Shown here piece after piece: positions 51,150 through 64,000 of a DNA stretch of 64,000 nucleotides (within the stretch, counting starts at the first letter, position 1; the number at the start of each line of letters is the position of its first letter). The position numbers were made by a program, and so were the translations under genes. The DNA comes from Octopus vulgaris (lineage: Eukaryota), in the NCBI GenBank assembly GCA_951406725.2, contig OX597820.1:58404001-58468000 (forward strand). Reading direction: 5' to 3'. Under the pieces are notes generated by a model. It was not told the DNA's origin. It did not search any database and saw only the letters and a program-made list of their open reading frames with translations.

Positions 51150-52940
51150 ACGAGCCTCTATGAAGCTATAGTGATACAACTAAATTTCGTGCATATCAAA
51201 GAGGGAATACTATTGTGATTTGACTGAAGGACAAATTGAAAGGAAATAATGTCTCAGATTACCAACCAATTATATGTGTACCAATTATGTGAAAACTCCT
51301 AACAGGGATAATTGCAGAAGAGATATATTAACAGCCATATGAGAAACATCTAATTCCCGATGAACAGAAAATCTTTTCTATAAAAAACAGAGGAACAAAA
51401 GAGCTATTAATAATAGACAAAATAGTTTTGAGAATTAGCAAACGATTTTAAAATGTATGCATTGCATGGAACGATTATAGAAAAGTATACGATATAATCT
51501 CACAGTCGTGGATCAAGCGATGCCTATAATTCTTTAAGGTGTCAGAAAACATTGGGTACATACTAGTTAGAATATGCAATGAGACATTAGGGAATAGAGT
51601 TAACATCAGGAGAGGAAAGATTAAAAATTATATAGATTAGAAAAAGATGGGATCAGCAACAAAGGAATCAGTAATCGCACTGATCCGTTTTCAATTATAC
51701 TAAGCAAAGCTAAAGAAGGGTACACGTTGAGAGAGAATAGGGGAACTATTGGGTTGTCATGAAAGTTCGTGCCGATTTTTAAAGGAAAGAAAAAGGTCAA
51801 TAAATACTTGCCATTACATTTTTAATCAACCAAATATGAACCATTTTGTTGCACAATGCATCTCCATCTTTCCTTTAACTTGAAAATACCCTCTTCCTAG
51901 AATTGAGGTAGTTTCAAGGCAAAGAATTCATCAAGGTATCCTTTTACGTCATCCAAGGAATTGAAATTTTTACCGTTAAAACTATTCTGCAGAGACCTGA
52001 ATAAGTGGAAATCCGAAGGAGCAATATCTGGGGAATATGGAGTGTGGGGTAACACATCCCAGCCGAGCTGCAGCAATTTTTGTCTGGTTCTCAAAGCATC
52101 AAGTGCCGAAAATGAAATTCCTTATCTTCCATTTTAAAGGGTTACAGAATTAACACAGATTATAGGAACATAAACCTTCTTCCACGAAAAGATAGCTTAA
52201 ACTGTGCTCTAAATGGAGGTGTAGTCAAATCCTATTTTATGGACTCAACCATGTTCTAAAATAAGTCGAAAGGTAAGCTACTATAAATCGGCACGATCTT
52301 TCCGGAGAACCCAATAGTTTTGAGAATTTGCAGACGATTTTAAAATGTATGCATTGCGTGGAACGATTATATAAAAGTATACGATTTAATCTAACAGTCG
52401 TGGATCAAGCGATCCTATAATTCTTTAAGGTGTCAGAAAACATTGGGTACATACTAGTTAGAATATGCAATGCGACACTAGGGAATAGAGTTAACATCAG
52501 GAGAGGAAAGATCAAAAATTATATAGATCAGAAAAAGATTCTTTCATGGGAACAGCATTTCTTCCGTCTAGTAAAGATGGAATCAGTAACAAATGAATCA
52601 GTAATCGCACTGATCCCTTTTTCGATTATACTAAACAAAGCTAAGGAAGAGTACTCGTTGAGAGAGAATTTGAGAACTACTTTCTGTTTATGATTTAAAG
52701 CTCTGTGGCAAAGGCAGGAGTCAAATGGATTCCTTAATGCAAAATGTAAGAATATTTAGTAAGAATATTGGGCTGACTTTCGGAATCGAAAAATGCGTTA
52801 TAATAAAGATGTAGCGGGGGAAACCCTTAAAAAGTGCTGGAAGAAATTTACCTAATGTTGAGTATATTAAACCATTAGACGCGGAAGAAACATATAAATA
52901 TCTTGGAATATTTGAAAGCGACAAAATCAAAATTATAAAA
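51150..52940 (+). mobile_element. Decayed R4/Dong-like RT fragment interrupted by a mariner
   Basis: YQPIIC..KLLTGIIAEEIY, GTKELLIIDK, AWNDYRK.YD, FGIEKC and YKYLGI motifs. Confidence 0.65.
51749..52314 (-). mobile_element. Internally deleted mariner (566 bp) with TA flanks
   Basis: TIRs TTGGGTT.TC..GAAAG.TCGTGCCGATTT at both ends; LGWDVLPHTPYSPDIAPSDFHLFRSL motif. Confidence 0.9.
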
Positions 52941-55113
52941 ACTAGTAACCACACCTTTTAAGATAGGGATTTCTAACCTATCCCACTCGCATCCTCACCT
53001 CATTTTACATGTCCCTGTAAATTTTGGAGTCAATCCGACGGGATCTAGTGGCCTTTAATCCGTTCCAATGCCAAAACCAAACTTTTCGCATTTCAGAATT
53101 ATAATATAGAGATGAAGGAAACCTTCAGTTGTCTTCTTCTTCTTCTTCTTCTTCTTCTTCCAATCAGGACTCACGCCATTAGCCACAAAGAATAATCTCT
53201 AATTCGAGCCTACTCTAAGCTACTAAGAATGCGTGTGGCAACTTGAAGATCCATCCACCACACGTGATACACTGGCGATTGCACTGGCGCGAAAGCTACG
53301 TTGTTATCCTCATTCCGTAAACGGTGGCTTTTAACGGGTCGAGAGCTGAACTATCCTGTGGTACAGAGGATTGGCAATCTAGACTAGGGTCTGAAAGTTT
53401 ACCACACCATAGTGGGTTACACCATGGTTCCTCTGTTTTGTAGCAGAAGTAGGGAGAAAGAGTGAGAGAAAGTTGTGGTGAAAGAGTACAGCGGGGTTCA
53501 CCACCCTCCCCCGCCGAAAGCTCGTGGAGCCTAGGCGTTTTTGCTCAATAAACACTCACAATAAACACTCACAAAGCCCGGTCTGTGAATCGAAACCGCG
53601 TTCTTTCGACCGCGAGTCCGCTGCCCTAGCCACTGGGCCATTGCGCCTCCACTGGTGCTGTGGTTGTTGCTGTTACGGGTTTTTTTTTTTTTTTCGCTTT
53701 TGTTCTCGTCGTCATTGTTGTTACTGTCGCCGCAATTTAGTGCAGCAACGTTGGTGCGGAAGATGGCGGCGAAAGTAGAGGTGTTACTATTACTGTCCAT
53801 TTTTGCGTTTTTGTTACCATTGCTGCTGTTAATTTGTTGCTGCCATCACCGCTACGTGTTACGGTGATGGTGGAGGTGCTGCTGCTGTTTTGGCTTGTGA
53901 CCATTAAGATTGAGAAGGCAGCATCAAAACTGCCACTCCAAATGCCATACTTAGATATTTTTTCTAAGATGGGTAAATTAAAGAAAAAAATAATAATAAT
54001 TCCGTCCCAAAACTAAAACGGAAGAACCAAAACTAAACAGAATTGACCAGTTCTTTGGGATTCCGGTGAGTTTAACAACAAAATAGAATGGAACTTTTAG
54101 CAGTAGACGTTTCAAAACATAGCTGACATGCATCAAAATTTAAGAACGATCCGAAAGGGGCTTCTTACCAATACCAAAATAATAATAATAACAATAATTG
54201 GGGGGGGGAGAAGAAGAAGAAGAAGAAGGAAGAGGAGGACGAGGACGAGGACGAGGACGAGGAGGAGAAGAAGAAGAAGAAGAAGAAGAAGAAGAAGAAG
54301 AAGAAGAAGGAGAAGAAAAAGAAGAAGAAGAAGAACAACAGCAACAACAACAACAGCTACAAGAACAAGAAGAACAAGAAGAACAATAACAGTGCTTTCT
54401 TTATTAGCCACAGTTTTGCCAAAAAGATCGAGAGCGTTACAGTACGATACAATGCAGGCGTACATTTAAAAAAAAAGATGCGTGTAACCATGAGAAATAA
54501 TACAAGAAAAAAAAACCCAAAAGAATACAAAGAAAAAATTCTCCCAAAAGAGATCTCTGCGAGAAAGACGTGAAAGCACTATGAAAACCACGGTCACCCT
54601 GACCACAAAGGCAAGTGCTTTTCTCCCCAGCTGTCCTCTTCCAATCTATAGACATATGCTCAGAGTAGTCCGTTCACTTGGATCATGCTTGTCACTCTCA
54701 TCGACCTTTCAACATAGTAATATGATGGGGAGGAGGTGGATGCTTTTGTTGCTAGTTGACAATTCAATAACATTAGAGTAATCATTATTGTGTTTTGTTT
54801 GCTTTAGTTTATACATTTTACATGTTAATCAGTATAACATCAATAAAAGTCACGTTTGCCATTATTGTTTTTACTGACAATATGAATCATTGTTGAACCG
54901 CTGTTTGTTCTTGTTTCCTTTGTACTGTGACAAGTCTTCAATGTGTTGCATCTGTTTTTGTTTTGTTTTGTTTTCTTTTTCTTCCTAACAAATATTAGGA
55001 AAAGACAACAAATATTATGAAAAAATTATGAACCTGGTAAAATTACGATAAAAAATCACTGGCAATGACATAAAACGGGGAAAAGAAAATAAGAGGAAGG
55101 AAAAATACTAATA

Positions 55114-55222
55114 ATATTTAGCTACGGCGGTACATATTCTAAAATTGGAACGATACACAGTAGATTAGCATGGCCCCTGCGCAAGGATGACACGCAAATT
55201 CGTGAAGCGTTCCATATTTTTT
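55114..55222 (+). pseudogene. U6: U6 snRNA retrocopy, probable pseudogene, fused to a LINE tail
   Basis: ...CTAAAATTGGAACGATACACAGTAGATTAGCATGGCCCCTGCGCAAGGATGACACGCAAATTCGTGAAGCGTTCCATATTTTTT matches canonical U6; ACAGAGA box altered to ACACAGT (55155-55161); 5' stem degenerate. Confidence 0.92.
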
Positions 55223-55829
55223 AAACGGCGGTGCATCAGCATGGCCGAAGCTCTAAGCTGAAATTTTTTCGCGAGTGGAGGAGCCTAGTCGATTACATTG
55301 ACCCAACTACTAAACAGGTACTTATTTCGTCGCTCCTCCGAAAAGATGAAAAGCAAAGTCGACCTTGGTGATAGTAAAATCCGGAAGAAATGTTACAAAT
55401 CATTTTGTCCGACGCGCTAATGTTTATAATAACAACAACAAAAATAATTCTAATAATAATTTCAAATGATGACACAAGGCCAGCAATTCCGACACCAGTG
55501 TTCAACTGGTACTTATCTTATCGACCACGAGAGGATAAAAGACAAAGTCAATCTCGCCAGAACTTTAGCTCAGAATATAAAAATGGACGACATGTCGCTA
55601 AGTATTTTGCCCGGTGTGCTAACGATTCTGCAAGGTTTCCACCTTAACAGTAATAATAACCCTTTCGGGCACAAGGTCTGACATTTTGTGGGAGAGGATT
55701 GGTCGATTACATCGACTCCAGTGTTTCACTGGTACTTAATTTATTGACCCCGAAAGGATGAAAGACAAAGGTGACTTCGGCAGAATTTGAAATCAGAACG
55801 TAAGCCTAATGCAAATACTAACAACTCCA

Positions 55830-56150
55830 ACAACCTTGTAAATTATTATAACAGTACACCTCCTAATAACCACTTCTCCAGAAATAGTAATCCAGTAGCA
55901 AATAACTCTCCCCAAATAACTCTTCCCCTCAATAACATTTATAACTTGTGTGATTTCAGAAATATAAATAACTGTGTACTTAAAAACACATGTAAAAGAA
56001 AAAGTGTAATCCACCAATGTACAGTAACAACACAATATAACAAATATATCTATATAGGTGCCACCCAAAATGAAATGAAGGAACGCTTATCCACACATAC
56101 ACTTCTAACAATTGAATAGCTTAATATAATACATAAATAACACTGGTCAA
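55830..56150 (+). mobile_element. Penelope-like GIY-YIG endonuclease fragment
   Basis: CVLKNTCKRKSVIHQCTV..YIYIGATQNEMKERLSTH. Confidence 0.7.
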
Positions 56151-57979
56151 ATTTTCTTTATTGCTTGAGAAATACATACGTAAGCTTAGATATTAGGATT
56201 TACCGGGAGATAACTCCTGAACATTTTAGTAGTATTCTGACTTCCTTGGCGAATTATATTTTTTATCGTATATGCCGAGATAGCGATGAAAAAAATTGTC
56301 ACGTTGTACAAGATTTTACGTTTTTTGGAGGTTTGCGAAATTAGATTTGTTTAGCAATTAAATAATTCTGATGCACCATTTGCAAGAAAAATTATACGAA
56401 AGCTACTTTTCAATATATTGTGGAGATAATTAATAATCCCATAAGAAATACATATTCAATCAAGAAGTTATGTTATTCGATGGATCTTCTATTAAGACCT
56501 GGTGACATCAGAGCATAAGTCTACCTCTTCTTCTACTCTTGTTCTAAAGTTCTACAGCGCTTTCTTATACTCATTATGCCGTTTAATCTGTACGGTTTAT
56601 CTACCGCTCAGTTAACAACTCGATCCGCTGCTCAATATACGGTTAAATTTCCGTTTAATCCATTATTTAATCTAGGCCCAATTCACTCCTCGATCTGATA
56701 TGCATTCTTCTACTTACTCTGCATCCAAACCTGCCAATCGATCGATCTACCGTTTGGTTTATCTTTTAATTTACTAACTCTGAGAAGCGTATAAGATTTA
56801 CAGATCTCATTTAATTTCCTTTGGAAACCTCAAGTTTTGTATCCCTCTGAAGAGAGCTACAGGAAGTTACTCTAATGTATCCTCTCTCGAGATATAATGC
56901 TATCATATATAGCAAATGATGTCCGGAACTAGGTATTTCTCCTCATATCGAATTATAGCAGTTTTATTTCACTTTTCAATCAACAGGATTGACCGTAGAG
57001 ACAAACTAAAAAAAAAATAAAAGTAGTTAGTAAAAATAAGCTGATAAAGAATCCTAATGAGTGGCAATATAAAACGGAATAAAAACAACACTAATTTCTA
57101 TTGTCACTTCGCACATTGAAGTTTAAACGTTCTCTCCCAATCATTCAGCCGTGGTACTCCGTCGGTTACAGCGACGAGGGTTCCAGTTGATCCGATCAGC
57201 GGAACAGCCTGCTCATGAAATTAACGTGCAAGTGGCTGAGTACTCCACAGACAGTTGTTCCTTTAACTTAGTTCTTGGGGAGATTCAGCGTGACACAGTG
57301 TGTGACAAGACTGACCCTTTGAAATACAGAAAGAAAGAGAGAACGAGTACAGCAATGTTCACCACCACCCCCTGTCGGAGCCTCGTGGAGCTTTAGGTGC
57401 TTTCGCTCAATAAACATTCGCAACGCCCAGTGTGGGAATCGAAACCACGATCCCACGACCGCGAGTCCGCTGCCCTAACCACTGGGCCATGCGCCTCTAC
57501 AATCATTCAGTATAGCAATGATTGTGGATATGGATATGTAATTATTGCAGTAACTTAATCCCAGCTGTAATACATAACTAATTGTTTCTGCAATGTGTTA
57601 TATCGACTTCTACTCAACACCGCGAGGATATAGGACACGATAATAGAGGGGAAAAAATGGACGTTAGTTTCTGATACTATTTATGAGCGGAGAAGGCTGT
57701 CAGTGAAATACATTAAGTACAATGTCAACTCATAAGAAACTCATTTCCATTAATCAAAATATCCATTCTATTTGCATATTGTAATACATAACTGCCCGAA
57801 CACAGGAAGTAACGATGAGAGGTAATCATGGGCCAAATAAATCCCATAGAAACCAGCATAGCTGCTATTCTTCATGTCGAGTGATGGACGAATGATCGAA
57901 GATTCGAGTCCAGCTGTCAGTGATGTGCTGACTTTCTTGGGAAAAACCCTTTACCCCCCATTTTTCAGTTCATCGAATT

Positions 57980-58198
57980 GTGTGTGCGTGTGCGTGTGCG
58001 TGTGCGTGTGCGTGCGTGTGCGTGTGCGTGCGTGTGCGTGTGCGTGCGTGCGTGTGCGTGCGTGTGCGTGTGCGTGCGTGTGCGTATGCGTGCGTGTGCG
58101 TGTGCGTGCGTGTGCGTGTGCGTGCGTGTGCGTGTGCGTGCGTGTGCGTGTGCGTGCGTGTGCGTGTGCGTGCGTGTGCGTGTGCGTGCGCGCGCGCA
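57980..58198. repeat. Alternating purine-pyrimidine (GTGC/GTGTGC)n microsatellite
   Basis: Direct inspection. Confidence 0.95.
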
Positions 58199-59599
58199 CT
58201 GGTTTTTGGAATTGCTACAATTTTCTACTGTTATGTACTACACCGTATAATGGTTTCAAATTCTGGCACAAGGCCAGCAATTCTATTTGAAGTTGCGATG
58301 TATTTTTGTATGATGATAACAAAAATTACACTCATTTTCCTAGAAATTAATAACAAAGAAGTAACAAATTATCTCATGTTAGCCACTCGAAAACCTACAG
58401 ATATATCGTGTCTGTTGGCCTCCATTGGAAATCGGCACACACGAAACCTTTAAGTGGTCTCTCGACCTGCCAGAAATAGCAGCCAAATCTTCCTTACACT
58501 ACACCACAACGTTTAAAAAGGCAAAACAGATGAAACATTGTGCCACAACACCGTTTATTCCCTCGCGTGGAGAAGAACCAGGTGCTTTCCACTTGTGGAG
58601 TGTTAGTAACATTTAAATTAAAGTCAAACCAGTATTGGTTTATTTACATCCCTGTAACTTAGCTGTTTGACATTCGAGACCTATAGAATAAGTGCTATAC
58701 TTTAAAAAATAAAATAAGTACAGCAGTCGGTTCTTTGCGTCCTGAGTTCAAATTACACCTCCGATATCTGGTTTCCTTGTGACAGGAAGCGAAGCCTTCA
58801 GGATACGACAAATGAGAGTAGGCCTTCAATTTCAGACGGCGAGACACATCGATTGGAACAACGTTTCGGTCGCATCAATATGCCAGTTGGTCCTAATAAA
58901 GCAGAGCTATGGTCAAAGCAATCTGGCTATGATCACCCCCACCTTTTCAGATATAGTTTCTCTTTTGTTTTGTTTTTTGTTTGTTTTTGTTTTTTGTTTT
59001 TTTGTTGGGGGGGGGGGGCGTTGTATAATATAGTACGATGTGATTTGAAATAGATTTGGCTGCTATTTCCAATACGTTAATCGACCCCATTGAGACTCCT
59101 TTTTTGACTCGAGATCCCTCATTAGTTCATAGATTGGGGAGTAAATGGAAATAGTAAAAACGCAAGATATGAGGGCCTGTTTAAAAATATTTATTTTGTT
59201 CCATCTGCCAGTTTGACTTAATTAAAACACAATACAAGCGTAAGAAACTACAAAGGGAAAACTAAGAAAAAGAATACATTAGGCTGAAATGTCGTCTTGA
59301 ACGAAGGACCTAGCAATATGACCACATTTAATAAAAATTATTTGCGATCACCATCATCACCATCATCATCATAATCATTTTCATTAACATCATCATCATT
59401 GATCGATCACAGCGTCCTCTTGAGTTGGACACAATGACAGACTCGTCCTATTCCCTCGTCAGGGAACTAAATTTATCAAGTTACTCCACTACCGTCCTCC
59501 AACAGAGTTTTCACCGTGTTTCCGGAAGAACGCTACAGTCCATGGGTCAGTTTCAAAAGGATTTTTTTTTTAAGATAATTCTGAGAATCACGGAAAGTT

Positions 59600-60555
59600 T
59601 ATAGTAAGTTACATCCGTCTTCTGTTTGAGGATTAAAAATGGTGATCACCATAAAGATGTCCATTGGTCACCTTCTGTATCCAGCTGATATAAAGAATCA
59701 TGTGATGTATTAGCGTATAGTATCCATCAAGGCTGGACTTAATGAGGGTTCAACTTTCACACCCACAAAGGAAGATAACAAAGGGATGTGATTGCTAACG
59801 TCTTCATCAACCAGTGCCATCGATTCAAACCTTTTGAAACATTTGGTGTAAAGGTGAAGGCTGACTCCTCGCGATTTCCAGCAGTTTGCCGAAGAGCGTA
59901 GCTCAAAAACCATGGCAAAAATGAAAGATGCCAACATGTTACTTTGTAAGACTTCATTTCGCAGCTCAACTATTTCAATTTCACATGTTATGTTGTTGGT
60001 GAACTTTACCTCGTTGGCTTGAATGATACAAGGCCTGACACGCATGCCTTGAATCTTGATTACACTTCCACGATGAATTAAATCAACGTTTTCTTGAAAT
60101 TGATAAATGTAAGAGAACAGGCAAGTTGTCCTTCTTATCTCTTCTATTATTCTCTGAAAAGCCAAGATCAGCACGACTGCTGACAAGTTCTCACAGAAAG
60201 CATTTTAGTTATATTTCAGTTTGGGATCAAAAGCTACTTTTATCTGGTTGAGGATATCCAAATATAGATCTTTGCTGATAACCAGGTCAGACTGGTGCTA
60301 TGGTGGTTCGTCTTCATAAGTGATCTAAATTTTCTAAAGGAAACAATGTTCTGTTTTGTCGTCCGTCATCAATGATATGTTCCGGATGTTTAATAAGATG
60401 TCATCCAGATCACTATTTCTGAACCCCGCAAGATGGGATCCCATCTGGTCCAGCATTCTTTTTCTGAAAGATCTCTCGAACTTCTTCATCCCAACCATGG
60501 GGACATAGTCTTTTGATATAGTTATTATAAGCTGATGCATGGGTGAAGGAGGCGT
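59600..60555 (-). pseudogene. Decayed intronless reading frame (about 300 codons); candidate endogenous RNA-virus polymerase fragment
   Basis: ORFs 60334-60540 and 59710-60186 are in the same frame, separated by four isolated stops; no transposon motifs; the viral assignment is inference only. Confidence 0.4.
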
Positions 60556-60734
60556 TCAGTGTCACAAACAAGAGAAATAGAAATCAGTATGGAAAAGTAA
60601 AGCATACATATACTTTTAATGTTTATTTTGCTATAAAACTACACAAGTAAGTCGAGTGTGTTGCACTTACTAAAAGTGTGAAAGTGCAACGCGCGAAGCT
60701 CTCAATTCTAGAGTCACTTATGAAGCATATTCAA

Positions 60735-60800
<66 letters not shown>

Positions 60801-61087
60801 ACTTGTGTGTGTGTGTACTTGTGGAGGGGGAGACAGAGAGAGGGGGTGCGAGGGAAGGCGGGAAGGGAATAGTGGAGATGGAGTGAAAAAAGTGTCTCAG
60901 TAATGGCACATAGAGTATTTTCCATTGTTATATCGTTATTTTGAAATTTAACATAAGAATCGGTATTTTCGCTTCCTGTAGCTAATACTACATTCTTTCC
61001 TTGCTCAGGAGTCTGAATTACTTCGGTATGTGTATATATCCACCCATACATTCATATAGACAGACAGACAAATAAATAAATAAATAA

Positions 61088-61155
<68 letters not shown>

Positions 61156-61260
61156 GTAGATGTGTATTCATGTATATGTGGCTTCGAGTGTTTATGTTTG
61201 TATATACATACGTACGTACGTATGTATGTATGCACGTATGTATATATGTATGTATATATG

Positions 61261-61319
<59 letters not shown>

Positions 61320-61321
<2 letters not shown>

Positions 61322-62590
61322 TAGCAAGCGCACCCGTCCTTTGGATGGTTTAAGTTGCTTTGGTGGTACTTTTTTCACCAAATAATTGAACTACCGCGAA
61401 GTCTTATGAGTAGCACGGCAATCTGTGTCTCCAATTAACCTAGGAACAGATAGCCAAACTGAAGGTTGGTTATTGTGGAGGTCGTTGCGCTTCAATGATC
61501 ATAGAACATATAAATTTGCAAGCGATGCAAAGTAGAGCTTCTGAAGTATTTGGGGAGTATATTACGGATAATGACTACAAAATATAGTTGTTTTACATGA
61601 AAACGAAATTTCTTGTCAGAAACAGCCACATAAATGGTGTAAAGAAATTTAAGGAAGACGTTGAAACTTCCCCTCTACGAGTTTATTTTATTCAACAGCA
61701 AATGGAGCTATTTTTCGGAGAAAAGAACGATTGATTTATTCAACAGCAAATGGAGCTATTTTTCGGAGAAAAGAACGATTGATACGTTCAGAAATGGCAA
61801 TATACCAACGTGAAAAAGTAGAGTTAAAGGAATGTATTTGCTACGTGCTTACTGTGTACGACCACTCTGAAATTAACTTCAGGTATCGAAAAATTAAGAC
61901 TTGAAGAGTTTGACTTCAGTTCACGTATACTGCTTTGAATCTTTAGCAGTTTGCAGTGAAAAGATGTCGCGTTCGAAATATCATGATGGATGGATAAATA
62001 AGCATTCTTAAAGTGAAACAAGCCATTGGTCGGTAAACAAAAGTATCAACAAATAGAAGAGTGAGAAAGGAACATCACTTTTCAAATAATTCAGAATAGG
62101 TAAAGGTAAGCTTATGGAGATTAAGATTGTTTGCTATTGGATATTCATCGCGTACAGTGTTCCTAGTCAATTTAATCACCGTCGCAGGTGAACAGTCGAA
62201 ATAAATAAATAGACAAAATCCATTCACTTTTTATAATATTCTCTAACCAAGTAATAATACACAATTACAACATATAAATAAATAATAAATCAAAAAATGT
62301 GAAAACCACTAAAAATATCCTCTAATGCCAATATACGACCATATAGATTTAAAAAGTAAAGAAGACTCTAGACACAAAAAATATATATGTACATAGAAGG
62401 AATTATAGAAAAACCCGTGTAAACCACTGTTTTTTCCGGTTTGTTTATTTATGCGGGAACTCTGGGCAAAATGTTATAGTGCATGACCATCATTGAGGTT
62501 TACTCGTTTACTCGTTTGGTGAAAATCGGTTGAAAACTGTGGAGATGTATGCGTTAGTCAATATATACACACATACTGTGATTTATATAT
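61320..62590 (-). mobile_element. Helitron-like element of about 1.27 kb in (TA)n, with an internal 48-bp tandem duplication (about 61688-61783)
   Basis: Hairpin ACCATCCAAAGGACGGGT plus CTAG at the 3' end; far end shares AATCGGTTGAAA.C.GTGG with the element at 5849-6310. Confidence 0.45.
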
Positions 62591-62591
62591 A

Positions 62592-62636
<45 letters not shown>

Positions 62637-62665
62637 TCAATATAGGGTAGCAAAAAATTTCGCAG

Positions 62666-62709
<44 letters not shown>

Positions 62710-62752
62710 ATATATATGTATATGTATATATATATATATGCATATATATATA

Positions 62753-62809
<57 letters not shown>

Positions 62810-62810
62810 A

Positions 62811-62889
<79 letters not shown>
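62582..62889. repeat. (TA)n-rich microsatellite tract; many similar (TA), (CA), (TACA) and (TAGA) tracts occur throughout the window
   Basis: Direct inspection. Confidence 0.9.
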
Positions 62890-63259
62890 TCGTAAAGGAG
62901 CATGGCTTAGTGGTTAGGGTTTCGATTACCAGATCGGGCGTTGCGTTGTCTTCTTCAGCAAAAGACTTCATTTCACGTTGCTCTGCGACATGTGGCACGT
63001 CGTGCACCTATAGAGATAATGTCGATTTGATGGAGAGAGTGAGCTTCTGATGAATACAAACATTTTGGTTTCGATTGCTGGACCGAGCGATGCATTATTT
63101 TCTTGAGCAAAACATTTCATTTCATATTGCCCCATCTCACTCATCTTGCAAAAATGAATAATCCTACAATGGACCTGCGCCTTAAGTGGGCAAGAAATAA
63201 ATATATTCGCCATATAATCGGAAAACCAGCCCTATGAGCCTGTGTCTCGGAAAGGATCT

Positions 63260-63318
<59 letters not shown>

Positions 63319-64000
63319 GCGCGTACACACACACGCACACACACATTACCCACACTGAGGGAAAGACAGGCTGACAAACAGACAAAAAGAAGAAAAAATA
63401 TAAACTGAAAGATCCAGACTGAAGTACATGTTCCTGCTCACCTACTGTTCTATTTTTTTCGATTTGTATCTCCAGCAACATATCGTAAGAAAACAAACAT
63501 GAAACGATCTCCTTATCAGTTCAGTTCAGTTTGCTTAAGGCATATAATTTCTGTATACAGACTTCATCAATTGAAATAGCACAGTAAGCTAAGGCTACAG
63601 CAATAACCAAGGAAATAACACAAAAGACTTACACGAAGCCAAAGATAAATATCTCATCTCCGTTAAATCCAATATTGAATGTACAGCTTCAGCAGCATTT
63701 GATGGACCTTCTACGCGGCCTGTCTATATGTTAGAAATAGCAACCAAAGCCTCACTGAAATCCTGTTCTAATAACTTTTTTTTTTCATCAAAATGAAGAT
63801 ACTGGCGTAGCTGTGTGGTTAAGAAGCCTTCTTTGCAACCACGTGATTTCGGATTCTGTCCCACGGTGCGGCACCTTGGGCAATCGTCTTCTACTATAGC
63901 TTTGTGAGTGATCTTGGTTGACGGAGACTGTACGGAAATCAGTCATATTTATATACGTGTATAAGCGTGTGTTTGTCTCACTCACCGCTTTACAAGCGGT

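Noticed and set aside
60890-61030. Short protein-like minus-strand frame (EVIQTPEQGKNVVLATGSENTDSYVKF..)
   Set aside because: About 50 codons between microsatellites, with no splice sites or recognisable motif.
63442-63550. Possible upstream exon of the GC gene (minus-strand CAG acceptor, TAG|GTGAG donor, phase 1)
   Set aside because: It has an in-frame stop, no signal peptide and no ANF-domain similarity. It could be a UTR exon or chance, and cannot be supported without transcripts.

Overview
AT-rich, microsatellite-dense animal genomic DNA. The SINE families and repeat landscape suggest an octopod cephalopod (inferred, not proven). The window is dominated by one minus-strand gene: 17 GT-AG exons (50382 down to 1932; 2375 nt, about 792 codons) that join in one uninterrupted frame. 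They encode a single-pass receptor guanylyl cyclase (natriuretic-peptide-receptor-like: extracellular ANF-receptor domain, TM helix, kinase-homology domain, coiled coil, start of the cyclase domain). The N-terminal exon(s) and the rest of the cyclase domain were not found and probably lie outside the window. The introns hold tRNA-derived SINEs, LINE fragments (CR1/L2-like, RTE-like, R4/Dong-like, L1/Tx1-like, Penelope-like), DNA transposons (Tc1 DD34E, mariner, maT DD37D, piggyBac, Helitron-like) and long inverted repeats. Most notable observations: (1) two decayed, intronless reading frames (about 32.5-33.2 kb and 59.6-60.6 kb) that resemble consecutive parts of a bunyavirus-like L polymerase and are candidate endogenous viral elements; (2) several minimal type-I hammerhead ribozyme motifs, four with intact cores on the host gene's sense strand, two of them paired with an upstream antisense arm; (3) a U6 snRNA retrocopy fused to the 3' tail of a CR1-like LINE; (4) an exactly duplicated splice donor that would give a TM-less receptor ectodomain; (5) a mariner flanked by a TA-bounded duplication of about 330 bp, and a 548-bp spacer-less palindrome. 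All family assignments come from motifs read by eye; no database search was run.
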